A DNA stretch of 64,000 bases from an uncultured Candidatus Saccharibacteria bacterium (GTDB lineage: Bacteria; Patescibacteriota; Minisyncoccia; Minisyncoccales; Staskawiczbacteraceae). Below the pieces are notes generated by a model, which searched no databases, was not told the origin of the DNA, and saw only the letters and a list, made by a program, of their open reading frames with translations. Positions 41,554 to 51,893 of the stretch are shown in pieces. The stretch lies in the NCBI GenBank assembly GCA_964479955.1, contig CAYZNK010000003.1:66329-130328 (forward strand). Reading direction: 5' to 3'. How positions within the stretch are numbered: position 1 is the first letter of the stretch; each line of letters opens with the position of its first letter. A program made the translations under genes and the position numbers.

Positions 41554-42996
41554 TTATTTTAATAGATTCTCTTTTCTTATTTTTTTATGAAAAGCAATTG
41601 CAAATCTGTGGGCCTCGTCATCAAGATACAAAATAAGGTTATAAACTTCTCTTGGCAAAGTTTTCAATAAAATTGGCTTTTTTTTGCCTTCCACAAATAA
41701 CTCTTTGTTTCTTTTTGCAATTGAAATTGCTTTAATATCTTTGGTTTTTGGTTTTTGGTCTTTGGTTTTTATTGCTATATTCAATTGGGCTTTTCCGCCG
41801 TCAATTAAAATAACCTGCGGATATTCCCATTCTTTGTGCGCAAATCTTCTTTGTAAAACTTCTCTTAGCATTGCAATGTCGTTTGGCTTTCCTGAAATTT
41901 TTATTTTGAATTTTCTGTATTTTGACTTGTCCGGTTTTCCTGCAGTAAAAACAGCCATTGAACCTGTTGCAAAATTTCCCTGGATATTTGAAACGTCATA
42001 GCATTCAATTCTGTTGATGTTTTTAATTCCCAAAATCCCAGCCAAAATTTCCCTTCCGCCTGGGGAAGGAAAGAATATTGCGGGGGATTGTTTTAATTTT
42101 TTGTCGGAAAATTTCACGGCCGTGAAATTTTCCGACAAATTTGACAAATTTGAATCTTTTTTTATTGTGATGTCCGACTCTTCTCTTGCTATGTCCGACT
42201 TTTCTCTTGCGAGGTCCGACCTCGCAAGAAATTCTTGGTTTATAACAGAGCTGTGGGACATTATGTTTTGCAAAGCGTAAATTTTATCCCTAACTTTTCC
42301 GGCTTCTTCAAATCTGCTGGCTTTTGACAGGGTTTGCATTTCTTTTCTCAAAGACTTTAAAACAGACTTGCTTTTTCCTCTTAAAACCAAAACCAGTTTT
42401 TTTATGTTGTTTTTATATTCGTAAAGCTTGCTTTGTGTCCTGAGAGTAGTCGAAGGGCTTAACAATTCCCCGTAAGGCCCTGGGCATAAATCCAGGTGGC
42501 ACCATGTGCATTTTAATTTTGAGTGGGTTTTGTTGGTGTAATATGGAAATACCTTGCGTAAAAATCTTATTGTTTTTTTAAGGGATGCCCCCTCAACAAA
42601 CGGGCCTATATATTGCGCGTTTTTTGTTTCCGTTGGCTGATGAGTGATAAAAACATAAGGAATTTTATTTTTATTTTCAATGATTGCGATATAAAAATAA
42701 TTTTTGTCGTCCCTCCAGACAATATTGAATTTTGGCTGGTATTTTTTTATTAAGTTTGCCTCTAAAATTAACGCTTCAATTTCTGACTTTGTTTCAATAA
42801 ACCCAATTTTGTTTACTTTGCTTACAAAAAATTTGTCTTTGTAAGATGGCTGGAAAAAATGATTTTTGACGCGGTTTTTAATGTTTATTGCCTTGCCAAT
42901 GTATAAAAGCTCTTTTTTGTTGTAGAAAAAATAAACTCCGCTGGTTTTTGGGAGGCTTTCAAAAGTTTTTTCTTTGATAAATCTTATTTTTTCCAT
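41554..42996 (-). CDS. uvrC: excinuclease ABC subunit C (short form with in-frame repeat insertion)
   Basis: It has a GIY-YIG N-terminus (GVYFFYNKKELLYIGKAINIKNRV), a UVR-like helix and an endonuclease domain (RIECYDVSNIQG). I see no C-terminal (HhH)2 domain. The linker contains palindromic DNA repeats at 42100-42230. Confidence 0.85.
   Translation of the reverse strand: MEKIRFIKEKTFESLPKTSGVYFFYNKKELLYIGKAINIKNRVKNHFFQPSYKDKFFVSKVNKIGFIETKSEIEALILEANLIKKYQPKFNIVWRDDKNYFYIAIIENKNKIPYVFITHQPTETKNAQYIGPFVEGASLKKTIRFLRKVFPYYTNKTHSKLKCTWCHLDLCPGPYGELLSPSTTLRTQSKLYEYKNNIKKLVLVLRGKSKSVLKSLRKEMQTLSKASRFEEAGKVRDKIYALQNIMSHSSVINQEFLARSDLAREKSDIAREESDITIKKDSNLSNLSENFTAVKFSDKKLKQSPAIFFPSPGGREILAGILGIKNINRIECYDVSNIQGNFATGSMAVFTAGKPDKSKYRKFKIKISGKPNDIAMLREVLQRRFAHKEWEYPQVILIDGGKAQLNIAIKTKDQKPKTKDIKAISIAKRNKELFVEGKKKPILLKTLPREVYNLILYLDDEAHRFAIAFHKKIRKENLLK
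42100..42139. repeat. 40-nt perfect palindrome inside uvrC
   Basis: TTTGTCGGAAAATTTCACGG|CCGTGAAATTTTCCGACAAA. Its core is identical to the intergenic palindrome at 28571-28614. It translates as SENFTAVKFSD on both strands. Confidence 0.9.
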
Positions 42997-43041
42997 TATT
43001 AAATTAAACCACAAAACAGGTTATTTTTCAAGATTTATAAA

Positions 43042-43070
43042 TTGACAGAATGCCTAAAACAAGGTAATAT
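43042..43070 (+). promoter_or_regulatory. sigma70-like promoter candidate for acpP
   Basis: TTGACA lies at 43042-43047, followed by a 17-nt spacer and TAATAT at 43065-43070. Confidence 0.5.
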
Positions 43071-43118
43071 TAGTTTACGTATTTTTGTTCTTTAACATCC
43101 TTAGGAAAGGAGCCTATT

Positions 43119-43388
43119 ATGGTTGCCAACGCCTTGCCAAGAGAAAAGACAGTTGAAGAAAAAGTGATTGAGATTGTTGCTGAACAGTTGGGCTTAAATC
43201 CAATGATAATCAAAAAGGATTTTTGGATCGGCCGCGATTTGGGCGCAGACTCTCTTGAGCTTATGGAGTTGGCCATTGAGTTGGAGGAGGAATTTGATAT
43301 TGATTGTTTATCCGATGACTCAATTTTTGACAACGACCTTACTGTCCAGACAATAATTGACCGAATAATAGGGCAAAGAGTCAACTAA
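43119..43388 (+). CDS. acpP: acyl carrier protein
   Basis: It has the phosphopantetheine attachment motif LGADSLELMELAIELEEEF. The 89-aa size fits. Confidence 0.8.
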   Translation: MVANALPREKTVEEKVIEIVAEQLGLNPMIIKKDFWIGRDLGADSLELMELAIELEEEFDIDCLSDDSIFDNDLTVQTIIDRIIGQRVN

Positions 43389-43403
43389 ACAGTCGCTCCT
43401 CAT

Positions 43404-43432
43404 AATCCCCGCTAAAATGGGGATTTTTGTTT
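43404..43432 (+). terminator. intrinsic terminator after acpP
   Basis: AATCCCC (43404-43410) pairs with GGGGATT (43419-43425), followed by TTTTGTTTT. Confidence 0.7.
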
Positions 43433-43444
43433 TAGTAAAAAGCC

Positions 43445-43473
43445 TTGCACAAGGAAAAATAAAATAGTATAAT
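43445..43473 (+). promoter_or_regulatory. sigma70-like promoter candidate for uvrA
   Basis: TTGCAC lies at 43445-43450, followed by a 17-nt spacer and TATAAT at 43468-43473. Confidence 0.5.
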
Positions 43474-43542
43474 AACATACCTTGAATTGCAAAATAAACT
43501 AAAAATGAATAAAAATTTTATATCGCTGCGCTAAAATTATAT

Positions 43543-46410
43543 ATGCAACAAAATGAATATATAAAAATAAAAGGGGCCAGGGTGCACAATCTTAAAAATA
43601 TAGATGTGGAAATCCCCAAAAACAAACTGGTGGTTATAACTGGGCTTTCGGGCTCCGGAAAGTCATCATTGGCTTTTGATACTTTGTATGCAGAAGGCCA
43701 AAGAAGATATGTTGAGTCTTTGTCAGCTTATGCCAGGCAGTTTTTGGGTGTAATGGATAAGCCGGATGTTGATAAAATAGACGGAATTTCTCCGGCAATT
43801 TCAATTGACCAAAGAAAATCAACCCACAACCCAAGGTCAACAGTTGGGACAACCACGGAAATATACGATTACCTTAGGCTTTTGTTTGCAAGAATAGGAA
43901 AGCCGCATTGTCCTATCTGCGGAAAATTAATTTGGCGCCAGACAATTGACCAGATTGTTGAGCAAGCAATGAGAATCAAAAAAGATTCTGAATTTATGGT
44001 TTTGGGGCCTGTGATACGCTCTAAAAAGGGAGAGCATAGGGCGGTCTTGGAGGAAATTCAGAGAAACGGTTTTGTCAGGGCAAGGATTGACGGCTCAATC
44101 CATATGATTGATGAATTTTTGGAAAATTTTGCAGACAGTTTAGACAAGCAAAAAAAGCATAATATTGAGGTTGTTGTTGACAGATTGGTTTTAAACAAAG
44201 ATTTGGACCGTTCCAGATTAGTTGATTCTTTGGAAACAGCATTGAAGCTTGGCAAAGGTATTGTAATAATAAGCGTTAAAAAAAACAAAGACGAATTAGA
44301 AGATTTGGTTTTCAGCGAGCATTTTGCGTGCGAAGAATGTTCTGTTTCTTTGCCAGAACTTGAGCCAAGGCTTTTTTCTTTTAACAATCCTTACGGGGCA
44401 TGCCCCGAGTGCACCGGGCTTGGGGAAAAATTGGAGGTTGACCCAGAGCTTGTAATTCCAAATAAAAATTTGACGCTTGCAGAAGGCGCAATTTGGCCGT
44501 GGTCTAGAGCTTCTCACAAAGTTGGCAGACAGGGATATTATTATTCAAAGCTTTTGGAATTATCGGAAAAATATAATTTTTCGCTGGATGAAGAGGTAAA
44601 AAATCTTCCGCAAAAAATTATTGACATTATTTTATACGGAGATAAAACAGGAGGCTTTGAGGGAGTTGTTTCAAATTTGGAAAGAAGATACCACGAAACA
44701 GACTCTGATTGGACACGCCAGGAAATTGAGCAGTACATGGTTATAAAAATTTGTCCCAAGTGCCATGGCAAGAGGTTAAGGCAGGAAATTTTGGCTGTCA
44801 CAATAGGAGATGATGCGCGTAAAAATTCAAGCGCCAAAGGAACTTCAATAGATGAAATTTCTGAAATGCCCGTTGATAAAGTAAAAGATTTTTTTAAAAA
44901 TTTATCAGAAAGGTTGAGTCCTGCTGATTTAAAAGTCAGCCATTTGATAATAAAAGAAATTGTTGACAGGATTCAGTTTTTAAATGATGTTGGGTTAGGA
45001 TACTTAACTTTGGCAAGGAAAGCAGGAACATTGTCCGGGGGAGAAGAACAAAGAATAAGGCTTGCAACCCAGATAGGCTCAAAACTTTCCGGAGTTTTAT
45101 ATATTTTAGACGAGCCCTCGGTTGGCTTGCATGCAAGAGACCAACACAAACTTATTGATACATTAATAAGGCTTAAAGAACTGGGCAACAGCGTGGTTGT
45201 TGTGGAACACGACCCCCAGACAATGCAGGCAGCCGACTGGATTATTGATATTGGCCCAGGGGCCGGAAAACATGGCGGAAAAGTTATTTTTCAGGGAACA
45301 TATAAACAGCTTTTAAAATCTGACAGTTTAACCGGAAAATATTTATCAGGAAGGTTATCTATAAAATCCCAAAACCAATCCGCTAGCCGGCGGACCAAAA
45401 ACCAAACCCCAAAAAATAAAGAGCAAAAGTTTTTGCAGGTAAAAGGAGCAAGAGAGCACAATTTAAAAGATATTGATGTTAAAATTCCTTTGGAAAGATT
45501 TGTGTGCGTAAGCGGAGTTTCCGGTTCTGGAAAATCTTCTTTGATAAATGACATTTTGGCAAAAGCTTTGCTTAAAAAGTTTTATAGGGCAAAGGAAGAG
45601 CCGGGATTGCACAAAGAAATTTTGGGAATTGAAAATATAAACAAGGTGGTTTTAGTTGACCAGTCGCCAATTGGCAGAACTCCAAGGTCAAATCCGGCAA
45701 CTTATACGGGAGCATTTTCCCATATAAGGGAAATTTTTTCAAAAACAAAAGAAGCCCGCATCAGGGGATATTCTGCGGGCAGATTTAGTTTTAATGTAAA
45801 AGGCGGAAGGTGCGAGGCTTGCGAAGGCCAGGGCCAGAAAAAAGTTGAAATGTACTTTTTGCCCGATATTTATGTTGAATGTGAAGAATGCCACAGAAAA
45901 AGATATAACAAAGAAGTTTTGGAGATAGATTACAAGGGCAAAAACATTGCAGACATATTGTCTATGACAATTGAAGAGGCTTTGGAATTTTTTAAAAATA
46001 TTCCGGGCCTTTATGAAAAATTAAAGACGCTTAAAGATGTTGGGTTGTCCTATCTTGAGTTGGGACAATCAGCCACTTCGTTGTCGGGAGGCGAGGCGCA
46101 AAGAATAAAATTAGCATCAGAACTTTCAAGAAAAGGTACTGGCAGGACATTATATATTTTAGACGAGCCTACAACTGGTCTTCATTTTGATGACATTAAA
46201 AAATTGGTTTCTGTTTTAAGAAGCCTTGTTGATAAACAAAATACCGTTTTAGTTATTGAGCATAACACGGATTTTATAGGGTCTGCTGATTATATAATTG
46301 ACTTGGGTCCTGAAGGCGGAGACAAGGGCGGACAAATTATTGCAGAAGGTTCTCCAAAAGAGATTTCACAAAACAAAAACAGTTATACCGGAAAATATCT
46401 GAAAAAATAA
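43543..46410 (+). CDS. uvrA: excinuclease ABC subunit A
   Basis: It has two ABC ATPase halves (GLSGSGKSS and GVSGSGKSS; LSGGEEQR and LSGGEAQR) and Zn modules ([22 protein letters not shown]...CEECH). Confidence 0.97.
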   Translation: MQQNEYIKIKGARVHNLKNIDVEIPKNKLVVITGLSGSGKSSLAFDTLYAEGQRRYVESLSAYARQFLGVMDKPDVDKIDGISPAISIDQRKSTHNPRSTVGTTTEIYDYLRLLFARIGKPHCPICGKLIWRQTIDQIVEQAMRIKKDSEFMVLGPVIRSKKGEHRAVLEEIQRNGFVRARIDGSIHMIDEFLENFADSLDKQKKHNIEVVVDRLVLNKDLDRSRLVDSLETALKLGKGIVIISVKKNKDELEDLVFSEHFACEECSVSLPELEPRLFSFNNPYGACPECTGLGEKLEVDPELVIPNKNLTLAEGAIWPWSRASHKVGRQGYYYSKLLELSEKYNFSLDEEVKNLPQKIIDIILYGDKTGGFEGVVSNLERRYHETDSDWTRQEIEQYMVIKICPKCHGKRLRQEILAVTIGDDARKNSSAKGTSIDEISEMPVDKVKDFFKNLSERLSPADLKVSHLIIKEIVDRIQFLNDVGLGYLTLARKAGTLSGGEEQRIRLATQIGSKLSGVLYILDEPSVGLHARDQHKLIDTLIRLKELGNSVVVVEHDPQTMQAADWIIDIGPGAGKHGGKVIFQGTYKQLLKSDSLTGKYLSGRLSIKSQNQSASRRTKNQTPKNKEQKFLQVKGAREHNLKDIDVKIPLERFVCVSGVSGSGKSSLINDILAKALLKKFYRAKEEPGLHKEILGIENINKVVLVDQSPIGRTPRSNPATYTGAFSHIREIFSKTKEARIRGYSAGRFSFNVKGGRCEACEGQGQKKVEMYFLPDIYVECEECHRKRYNKEVLEIDYKGKNIADILSMTIEEALEFFKNIPGLYEKLKTLKDVGLSYLELGQSATSLSGGEAQRIKLASELSRKGTGRTLYILDEPTTGLHFDDIKKLVSVLRSLVDKQNTVLVIEHNTDFIGSADYIIDLGPEGGDKGGQIIAEGSPKEISQNKNSYTGKYLKK

Positions 46411-46424
46411 TTATTCTGCAGGTG

Positions 46425-46452
46425 TTGACAATGCGTATTTTTTGAATAGAAT
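46425..46452 (+). promoter_or_regulatory. sigma70-like promoter candidate for groES-groEL
   Basis: TTGACA lies at 46425-46430, followed by a 16-nt spacer and TAGAAT at 46447-46452. Confidence 0.55.
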
Positions 46453-46463
46453 AAAATATCAAC

Positions 46464-46547
46464 GGAATCCCCAAATCCCGAAATCCAAATCCCAATTAAG
46501 TTCTAATCAAATTTTGTTGGGCATTGGGCTTTGGTCATTGGGATTTT
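46464..46547. repeat. class B low-complexity hairpin element (AAATCCCAA arm / TTGGGATTT arm), copy 1, in the groES 5' UTR
   Basis: The left arm GGAATCCCCAAATCCCGAAATCCAAATCCCAA is imperfectly complementary to the right arm TTGGGCATTGGGCTTTGGTCATTGGGATTTT. Confidence 0.65.
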
Positions 46548-46556
46548 ATAAAAATT

Positions 46557-46850
46557 ATGCAAATAAAACCAATTAGGGATCATATTTTAATAGAACCTAT
46601 TAAAGAAGAAGAAAAAACAAAGGCGGGAATTTTTTTGCCCGACACTGTTTCAAAAGAAAAGTCCGAGCAGGGAAAAGTAATTGCAATAGGACAGGGAAAA
46701 AAGACTGACGACGGAAAGATAATTCCACTTTCAATAAAGCCAGGAGACACTGTTTTGTTTTCAAAATACGGACCTACTGAAATAAAAGTTGACGGAAAAG
46801 AATATTTGATAGCAACAGAATCAGATATACTCGCTATTATTGAAAATTAA
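46557..46850 (+). CDS. groES: co-chaperonin GroES
   Basis: MQIKPIRDHILIEP..EEKTKAGIFLPDT is classic GroES. The start is moved to the ATG at 46557. Confidence 0.93.
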   Translation: MQIKPIRDHILIEPIKEEEKTKAGIFLPDTVSKEKSEQGKVIAIGQGKKTDDGKIIPLSIKPGDTVLFSKYGPTEIKVDGKEYLIATESDILAIIEN

Positions 46851-46960
46851 ACCAAAAAACAAAAACCAAAAAGCAAAACCACAAACCAAAAAACAAAAAG
46901 ATGTTTAGTCTAGTCTTTTCTATAATAATATTTTTGGTTTTTGGTATTTAGTTTTTGGTC
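46850..46960. repeat. class C low-complexity hairpin element, copy 2, between groES and groEL
   Basis: An A/C-rich arm is complementary to a T/G-rich arm (TTTTTGGTTTTTGGTATTTAGTTTTTGGTC). Positions 46860-46892 are identical to 19015-19047. Confidence 0.7.
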
Positions 46961-46963
46961 TAA

Positions 46964-48604
<1,641 letters not shown>

Positions 48605-48630
48605 AACTAACAAAATAACAAATTTTGAAT

Positions 48631-48667
48631 GGGCAACGTCGGACGTTGCCCGTTTATTTTTTTGAAG
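48631..48667 (+). terminator. intrinsic terminator after groEL
   Basis: GGGCAACGTC (48631-48640) pairs with GACGTTGCCC (48642-48651), followed by GTTTATTTTTTT. Confidence 0.8.
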
Positions 48668-48743
48668 TGTGGATAAATTAGTTTGAATGTACCTTTTATA
48701 TTGTTTATAATTAAAAAATATTTTAATAAACATATTTTGCTCT

Positions 48744-51131
48744 ATGTTCATAGAAAATTTGCAAAACAAAATTAAAAATTTTTTACAAAAAGAAATTGTG
48801 TTTTTCAAAAAAGGGGATTTTATCTTTTCTGTCAAACCTCTTCCGGCTTTGCAGGGAATTTTACTGGTTTCGGTTTTTTTGTTTCTTTTTATTTTTACCC
48901 ACATTCCTCCTGGTCCAGAGAAAATAAACCAGTCTCTGGTTATTTCTGAATTTGCAACAAAAACCCGCGCTGTTGCCGGAAAAACTTCAGAACACATTGT
49001 TTTAATCAAAAAAAGCGAAATTACAAAAAATAATTATTATTTAAAACTTCCAAAAACAGCTGAAAATATTAAAATATCAAGCGTTTCATCCCAGACAGCA
49101 AAAATAGCTTTGCAGGATTACAGTACAACCCCTTTGGTTTTGCCCGAAGAAAGAAAAGTTTTTGCAAAAAAAGAGAAAAGTTCCATATTTGCAGGGATTT
49201 CCAGTTTATTTTCTCAAAGCATGGCTGACTTAAGCGAAGCCGTTTTGGATATTATGGAAAATTCAGATAACAGCCAAATAAATGTTCCAATAACAGAACA
49301 GGAAGATTCTATTTATGTTGACTTGTCCTCTGAATCAGAGGAAACTGTCCAACCAGAAGAGTTGACACAAGAAACATCCGTTGCCGAAACGCCAGCACAA
49401 GAGCCTGTTGATGAAGCAACAGCTGAAATACCTGCTGATGAGGTTTTAACAGACAAAGAACAACATAAAGCCAGCAAAACCGAGCAGGAATTAAATAAGG
49501 CAGACAAAGAAAAACAAACTAAAGAAAAAACATCCAAACAGGACCAGGAATCTGACTTGCCATCTGAATCACAGGAAACTGTCCAGCCAGAAGAGCCAGC
49601 AGAAGAACCGCCCGCCATTGAACCGCCCGCAGAAGAACTGCCCGTTGATGAACCGCCCGCAGAAACACCAACAGAGGAAACTCCATCAGATAGCCCGGAA
49701 ACAGAATTAACAGAAGCCGTGCCAGAAGAGCAAAAAACAGTTGACAGCGGAGTTTCTGAACAAGAATATGTTCAGATAACCTATGAAACTCCTGCTCCGG
49801 AAATAACAGAGCAAGAAACAGACACAGGAAAACTCATAACCGTTTTGGCAGACGATGAAGGTTTGCCAGAGCCCATATCAAATGTTGTTGCATATACTGC
49901 AATCCCTGAAATCTACAAAGTTGGCCAGGAATCCAAAATAAAGCTTAAATGGAAAAACCAGGGCGACCAGGAAGTTGAATTTCACGCCTATGACACAGAC
50001 AACAACGGAAAGCTTGATTATGTTGAGTGGACAATCCCGCATTTGTCAGAACAGATTTTTGAAATCATCTTCATTTCCAAAGCCTTCAGGTTAGATGAAA
50101 ACAAGGAAATCACAGAAGATATTTACGAATATGTTCAGGCAAAAGACAGCAACTGGGTCACATTAAACAGCAAAGAATATATCAGAGTAACTTTTGAGCA
50201 AATCTTAGACAATACAAAAGACATAACCGTTTACGCAAAGCCAACAGGAGAATCAGCAGGGACAATACAGGTTTATGAGCAGGGAACAGACACGCTAATA
50301 GTTGAGTTTCCTGCAATAAACGCAGAAAACACATACAAAGTTTTGCTGACAAACCTGCAAAACCCGTCAGATGTTTTTGACCTTAAAATCACAGGCAATA
50401 TTGATTTTGATTATATTGTTGACCCTACGGTAAGCGACAGTTTTAGTGATGAAACAAAAATCGGGGCAGGCACAACTTATGTCCAGCTTAGTAGCGGAGT
50501 ATTAATTCAACCTTGTTATGTTCCAAATCCATCATGGACAAAAATTGCAGACACTTTGGTAAGGGATATTGCCGGAGCATACAACTCCACAATAGCAAAA
50601 GATATTTACTGCGATGACAGCAACTGCATTTTGTGGACAGACGGGGCAGAAGCCCCAGGCACAGTCTGCATTGCAACAGACGCAAATGTTTACGCAAATA
50701 TTTTGTGGTCAAAAACAGATGTGTCAGGAACACAAACATGGTCAGACACAAATTTTGACTTGTACGGGGGTGACATAGGCGGGACACATTCCACAATAGG
50801 GGTTGGAAATGGAAATACTGCTGTTGGAACAAAAAATTGGCTTGAAAGATATTACAGCAATTCTGCTTCCGGAACTTTCAACGCAATGGATGCCTGTAAG
50901 GCAAAAGGAATTGGCTGGAGACTGCCAACAATTGTGGAATTAGACAGCATAAGGGACCAGGCAAAAGGAAGCTCGCCATATTCCAGGTTGCCTAATATTG
51001 TTGCGATCGGCTATTGGTCGTCTTCCGAGTATTCCACGACTAACGCCTACAGCTTGTACTTCGGCAGTGGCAATGTGCTCAACCTCGCTAAGTCTAGCAG
51101 CTACTACGTGCGCTGCGTCCGAGGGTATTAA
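48744..51131 (+). CDS. DGR target (variable) protein: N-terminally anchored surface protein with C-terminal DUF1566/C-type-lectin-fold-like variable domain
   Basis: It has an N-terminal TM segment and an acidic P/E-rich repeat region. The C-terminus GWRLPTIVELDSI...YWSSSEY...YYVRCVRGY contains the VR. Confidence 0.85.
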   Translation: MFIENLQNKIKNFLQKEIVFFKKGDFIFSVKPLPALQGILLVSVFLFLFIFTHIPPGPEKINQSLVISEFATKTRAVAGKTSEHIVLIKKSEITKNNYYLKLPKTAENIKISSVSSQTAKIALQDYSTTPLVLPEERKVFAKKEKSSIFAGISSLFSQSMADLSEAVLDIMENSDNSQINVPITEQEDSIYVDLSSESEETVQPEELTQETSVAETPAQEPVDEATAEIPADEVLTDKEQHKASKTEQELNKADKEKQTKEKTSKQDQESDLPSESQETVQPEEPAEEPPAIEPPAEELPVDEPPAETPTEETPSDSPETELTEAVPEEQKTVDSGVSEQEYVQITYETPAPEITEQETDTGKLITVLADDEGLPEPISNVVAYTAIPEIYKVGQESKIKLKWKNQGDQEVEFHAYDTDNNGKLDYVEWTIPHLSEQIFEIIFISKAFRLDENKEITEDIYEYVQAKDSNWVTLNSKEYIRVTFEQILDNTKDITVYAKPTGESAGTIQVYEQGTDTLIVEFPAINAENTYKVLLTNLQNPSDVFDLKITGNIDFDYIVDPTVSDSFSDETKIGAGTTYVQLSSGVLIQPCYVPNPSWTKIADTLVRDIAGAYNSTIAKDIYCDDSNCILWTDGAEAPGTVCIATDANVYANILWSKTDVSGTQTWSDTNFDLYGGDIGGTHSTIGVGNGNTAVGTKNWLERYYSNSASGTFNAMDACKAKGIGWRLPTIVELDSIRDQAKGSSPYSRLPNIVAIGYWSSSEYSTTNAYSLYFGSGNVLNLAKSSSYYVRCVRGY
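50997..51125 (+). repeat. DGR variable repeat (VR)
   Basis: It aligns gap-free with 51356-51484 over 129 nt. All 15 mismatches are at positions where the TR has A. Confidence 0.9.
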
Positions 51132-51355
51132 TTCAATTAAATTTTCAATATGTAAAGATAATTTAAAATTTGGAATTTCACGCGCCGCCCGATTCTTACA
51201 AAGCTCGCCACGTATTGGCATAAAGCTTGTAAAGAGAGTGCGCAAGAATATTAAATACGACTCCTGTCGCGCATAGGAACAAGTCATGCGCATCGATTGT
51301 CAGAAAGTTTCTTTTAAATTTAAACTTTCGGAGAAATGATTCGTGCGGGAGAAAA

Positions 51356-51484
51356 ATTGTTGCGAACAACTATTGGTCGTCTTCCGAGAATTCCACGACT
51401 AACGCCTACAACTTGAACTTCAACAATGGCAATGTGAACAACAACGCTAAGTCTAACAGCAACTACGTGCGCTGCGTCCGAGGG
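51356..51484 (+). repeat. DGR template repeat (TR)
   Basis: This noncoding copy is rich in AAC/AAT triplets. It is identical to the VR except at 15 adenines. The 3' 23 nt are GC-rich and invariant (IMH-like). Confidence 0.9.
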
Positions 51485-51530
51485 CACTTAATATTCAGCC
51501 AAAATTTTTTGCGGCGTAAAAATTTAAAAA

Positions 51531-51893
51531 ATGTATAACTTAGAACATCTTCCAATTTATTTAAAAATTTACCGGTTTATAAAATTTTTATATGAAGTAG
51601 TCAAAAATTTTCCAAAGCAATATAAATACACATTAGGAGAAGATATTTTAAAAATTGCATGGGAATGTCTGGATGAAGCCATAGAAGCCAACTCTTTGCC
51701 GAACGATAAGAAGTTTCTAAAAATTCAGGCTTTAAGTGTAAGTTTTGATAAACTAAAAATAAGAATGAGAATGGCCCATGAAATAGAAGCGATATCTTTG
51801 GGTCAGTTCTCACACATGAATGTTTTTTATACAAAAGAAATCGGAGAAATGGTCGGAGGATGGCTTGCGTGGGCAAAATCTTATAAATTATGA
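51531..51893 (+). CDS. avd: DGR accessory variability determinant (Avd-like four-helix-bundle protein)
   Basis: The 120-aa ORF is predicted helical. It lies between the TR and the RT, and its stop overlaps the RT start (ATGA at 51890-51893). Confidence 0.8.
   Translation: MYNLEHLPIYLKIYRFIKFLYEVVKNFPKQYKYTLGEDILKIAWECLDEAIEANSLPNDKKFLKIQALSVSFDKLKIRMRMAHEIEAISLGQFSHMNVFYTKEIGEMVGGWLAWAKSYKL

Noticed and set aside
43070-43384. 104-aa minus-strand ORF antisense to acpP.
   Set aside because: The plus-strand ORF has the diagnostic ACP DSL motif plus its own promoter and terminator. The antisense ORF is S-rich low complexity.
50940-51293. ORFs 50940..51293 (-) and 50998..51276 (+) spanning the VR and the VR-TR spacer.
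   Set aside because: They are out of frame or antisense to the DGR target C-terminus, and their N- or C-termini run through the VR. There are no motifs. The region is better explained as VR plus noncoding DGR spacer.
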